A stretch of 18,189 nucleotides of DNA, from assembly GCA_030615175.1 (NCBI GenBank), contig JAUWZX010000001.1:263840-282028 (forward strand), given 5' to 3'. A model generated the notes under the pieces. That model saw only the letters and a program-made list of their open reading frames with translations, was not told the origin of the DNA and did no database searches. The first letter of the stretch is position 1; the number at the start of each line of letters is the position of its first letter. Origin of the DNA: Candidatus Parvarchaeota archaeon (lineage in GTDB: Archaea > Nanobdellota > Nanobdellia > WJKC01). Positions 16,001-18,189 of the stretch are shown here, piece by piece. The translations under genes and the position numbers were made by a program.

Positions 16001-16375
16001 TTAGACTTCAATTATTTCGTCAAGCATTTTTAGCATTATTTGCTTTTCGTGTTTGCTTATTAACTGTTTTTCTATTGCTTTGGCAAATAGCGTTGGCATG
16101 AATTCGTACTTGTGCAGTTTGGTGCCAATATCTGTTCTTTTAATCAGCCCTAAGCGCTGCCATTGCTTGATTATCTCATATGAGCGGCTGCTCTTTAATG
16201 GCAGGTCCGTTGTTGCGAATTTCTTATTAAATACTCTAATGATGAAGTTCATGTGCTTGCTTAATTCTTTATACTCATTGCACAGCCATTTAGTGATTAG
16301 TAATTGGTATATCAGTTTTTCGTTGCTTTTCTCAAAATCCTTTTTAATTACTCTTTCTTCCTTGCTTAATTCCAT
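16001..16375 (-). CDS. Hypothetical protein with a winged-helix-like segment
   Basis: KFATTDLPLKSSRSYEIIKQWQRLGLIKRT..GTKLHKYEF resembles a recognition helix plus wing. Confidence 0.55.
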   Translation of the reverse strand: MELSKEERVIKKDFEKSNEKLIYQLLITKWLCNEYKELSKHMNFIIRVFNKKFATTDLPLKSSRSYEIIKQWQRLGLIKRTDIGTKLHKYEFMPTLFAKAIEKQLISKHEKQIMLKMLDEIIEV

Positions 16376-16430
16376 ATTAATATTATTACTATAAACTTTT
16401 TTAAGTATTTACTTATTCTAATAATCATTA

Positions 16431-16715
16431 ATGGCTGAGGTTCCTGAAATCGTTTCTGAAGGTGATGAGGGTGGGGATGTTGTTTTCACTCCTTCTGATT
16501 ACGGCGGGTCCGAGACTTTAGAGCATGCTGATAAAGTAAATGCCCCTGTTCCTGATGAGAATAAGCCTGCTGAAGAGCCCGGGTCATGGCTTGAGAATAA
16601 GAAAACAGCTTTAATAATTGGTGTTATTGGTTTTATAGTAGTAATTATTGTATTTGTATTCTTATTCGGCACTATTGACTGGGATTTAATAATGAATCCT
16701 CCAATGAATTCTTAA
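16431..16715 (+). CDS. Small membrane protein (acidic disordered N-terminus, single TM near the C-terminus)
   Basis: E/D/P-rich N-terminus; KK-TALIIGVIGFIVVIIVFVFLFG TM helix. Confidence 0.65.
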   Translation: MAEVPEIVSEGDEGGDVVFTPSDYGGSETLEHADKVNAPVPDENKPAEEPGSWLENKKTALIIGVIGFIVVIIVFVFLFGTIDWDLIMNPPMNS

Positions 16716-16768
16716 AGAATTTCATGCAGGGGACGAGCCCAATACAAAGTGTTAATTGAGTGATCTAG

Positions 16769-17155
16769 TCACTTTATTTCTTTTAGCACTTCATTAATAT
16801 CTTTTTTTCGTTTAATTGATGGATGGAAATAAAACATGCATTTAGTGTTATGTTCCCCAATTGCATAAATTAATGGTCTTTGAAACAAGATATTAGATAA
16901 AATTGCAGCCCCTAACTCCGCGTGCAATCCCTTACCATAATCATTACCAATTATTATGAATACATCGCAGTCCTTAAGTCCATTAATATCCTCACTAGCA
17001 TATTGCTTTGCAAGTTCTTGATTCTCTTTATACGGCTTTATAGCTTTATGTAAAGTCCAATCAACAGTAATTTCATGACCCTTACTTTTTAACAAGTCAT
17101 ATAACTTTCTAACTTCCTGCTTGCTCTCAAACTTAGCTGCAACATAGAACTTCAT
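16769..17155 (-). CDS. Nucleoside 2-deoxyribosyltransferase-like (NDT superfamily) protein
   Basis: KFYVAAKF, WT, EDINGLKDCDVFIII and GKGLHAELGAA (catalytic Glu) motifs. Confidence 0.75.
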   Translation of the reverse strand: MKFYVAAKFESKQEVRKLYDLLKSKGHEITVDWTLHKAIKPYKENQELAKQYASEDINGLKDCDVFIIIGNDYGKGLHAELGAAILSNILFQRPLIYAIGEHNTKCMFYFHPSIKRKKDINEVLKEIK

Positions 17156-17190
17156 GATAAGAATACAAGAATCAACTAATATAAAAAATG

Positions 17191-17326
17191 TGCGGGGGAC
17201 GAGATTTTCTAAACCCCAAGCGTTTTTCCGTGAACGCTTTTTCTAAAAGGGTTCTTTGAACTCGCGCAGGCACTAAGCCACTGGATTCTTAGTCCAGCCC
17301 GTTTGACCAGACTCCGGCACCCCCGC
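17191..17326 (-). tRNA. tRNA-Leu, anticodon AAG, with a 50-nt T-loop intron (about 59/60; 17205-17254)
   Basis: Reverse complement: GCGGGGG TG CCGG AGTCTGGTCAAA CGG G CTGGA CT AAG AA TCCAG TGGCTTAGTGCCTGC GCGAG TTCAAA[GAACCC...GGGGTTTAGAAAA]T CTCGT CCCCCGC A. The long variable arm and A73 fit Leu. The intron boundary can slide within A runs. Confidence 0.88.
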
Positions 17327-17348
17327 AATGAGTAATTAAGATATTAAC

Positions 17349-17987
17349 TTAGTATTTTAAAGTTTTTCTTACGCTGCTCATAACTATGCTTTTAAAATAG
17401 CATTTGTACCTCTTTAGTCCAATACTTTTCTTCAGGATTCTTCCCTGCTTGCAGAGTAATTTTTCTATTGCTTCATCAATTGTTTCAGCGTTTACTTCAG
17501 TTATTAATTGACCTATTTCTTCATAGTAATGAGCATCACTGCCCCCTATTAATGGGAGCTTATACTTTTCTGAGAATTTTAGTACTTTGTTATTAAAGTT
17601 CTTGAGCAGGCACCTGCCGTTTAATTCAATGAAGTCAAAATTTCTTAACTCAAAAACGTGTTTTTTAACGCCCCTCCTGAACGGGTCAAAAACGTGTGGC
17701 AGTATCACTATCCCCCCCATCGCTTTTATTAAGTTAATTGTTTTCTGAGCGTCAAGTCCTGGCTTGATTGGTTCCTTAATGAATAATCCGATTATTTCTC
17801 CCTGCTTTGCCCTGATTTCCTCTCCTATTATGACTTTAAAGTTTCTGTCATTATATTTTAATAATTTATCATGATTAACTAGTGCTATAGCATCTAATCC
17901 TTTTTTCCTAGCAATTTTCACTGCTAGTTTTGGCTTGATTGCAGCGCATGGTGATAAATTAGTATGTACGTGAAAGTCTATTTTCAT
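17349..17987 (-). CDS. PHP-domain metal-dependent phosphoesterase
   Basis: DFHVHT, GLDAIALVNHD, IIGEEI, ILPH, IELNGR and GGSDAH motifs. Confidence 0.9.
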   Translation of the reverse strand: MKIDFHVHTNLSPCAAIKPKLAVKIARKKGLDAIALVNHDKLLKYNDRNFKVIIGEEIRAKQGEIIGLFIKEPIKPGLDAQKTINLIKAMGGIVILPHVFDPFRRGVKKHVFELRNFDFIELNGRCLLKNFNNKVLKFSEKYKLPLIGGSDAHYYEEIGQLITEVNAETIDEAIEKLLCKQGRILKKSIGLKRYKCYFKSIVMSSVRKTLKY

Positions 17988-18021
17988 AAGAATCTTTATT
18001 AAGAATTATCTTTATAAATCT

Positions 18022-18129
18022 TTAGTGTTTCCTCATCTTTCTCTTTCTTTTTCGTTCTTTCATTTTCTTCTTGCGAGTACTCCATCTAGAACTTTTATAT
18101 TTTTTCCAAGTTCTTGAACTCCTCTTCAT
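18022..18129 (-). CDS. rpl41e: Ribosomal protein eL41 (L41e/eS32), 35 aa
   Basis: Below the ORF-track cut-off. MKRSSRTWKKYKSSRWSTRKKKMKERKRKRKMRKH* matches the archaeal pattern MKRxxRxWKKxxxxRWxxxKKxxxxxKRxR. Confidence 0.75.
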   Translation of the reverse strand: MKRSSRTWKKYKSSRWSTRKKKMKERKRKRKMRKH

Positions 18130-18149
18130 TAAATATTAAGATACAGGGA

Positions 18150-18188
18150 TTATTTTTTAAGCTTTTTCATTTTCCTTGCTGGCACGCC
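18150..18188 (-). CDS. 3' end of a gene entering from outside the window, probably a hexapeptide-repeat acyltransferase
   Basis: Reads GVPARKMKKLKK*; GVPAR is the typical C-terminal motif of left-handed beta-helix acyltransferases. Only 12 residues are visible. Confidence 0.45.
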   Translation of the reverse strand, partial: GVPARKMKKLKK

Positions 18189-18189
18189 A

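Noticed and set aside
15738..16004. ORFs 15738..16004 (+) and 15806..15988 (-) in the spacer
   Set aside because: Mutually overlapping, atypical composition, no motifs; they run through the palindrome-rich region and are more likely non-coding.
8158..16394. ORFs 8158..8352, 8432..8656, 9130..9327, 10861..11055, 13342..13617, 15172..15516 and 16053..16394
   Set aside because: Antisense to better-supported genes; composition mirrors the opposite strand.
12331..17326. tRNA-bounded integrated element or provirus
   Set aside because: No integrase or transposase, and I found no duplicated tRNA end (att site) by eye.

Overview
Archaeal chromosomal window: archaeal tRNAs with bulge-helix-bulge (BHB) introns, TATA-like promoters and eL41. 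Compact gene packing and the surface-protein motifs suggest a DPANN-type lineage, which is my inference. Left arm (1-5530, minus strand): housekeeping genes (RsmF C-terminal-like module, NOL1/NOP2/RsmB m5C methyltransferase, dolichol/phytol-kinase-like protein, pyrH, hisS, LOG-like protein, tRNA-His, MinD-like ATPase). Centre (5629-12319, plus strand): a surface-protein cluster that is the best candidate for an undescribed system. It has two tandem copies of a [small secreted beta-protein + membrane-anchored Ig-like partner] pair, a large membrane-anchored protein whose mature N-terminus resembles the N-terminal strand of the small proteins (its signal peptide is frameshifted by an A14 run, and it ends in a cytoplasmic OB-like domain), a coiled-coil protein, and a large secreted protein ending in a domain homologous to the small proteins. 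This matches the shaft/chaperone/base/tip logic of a donor-strand-exchange pilus with no usher in the window. Right arm: tRNA-Phe (intron at 30/31), tRNA-Gln, three winged-helix genes surrounded by dispersed or tandem short DNA motifs (two of the proteins start with amphipathic helices), an NDT-like gene, a tRNA-Leu with an unusual AAG anticodon and a T-loop intron, a PHP gene and an eL41 missed by the ORF track. All family assignments are from reading motifs; no searches were run.
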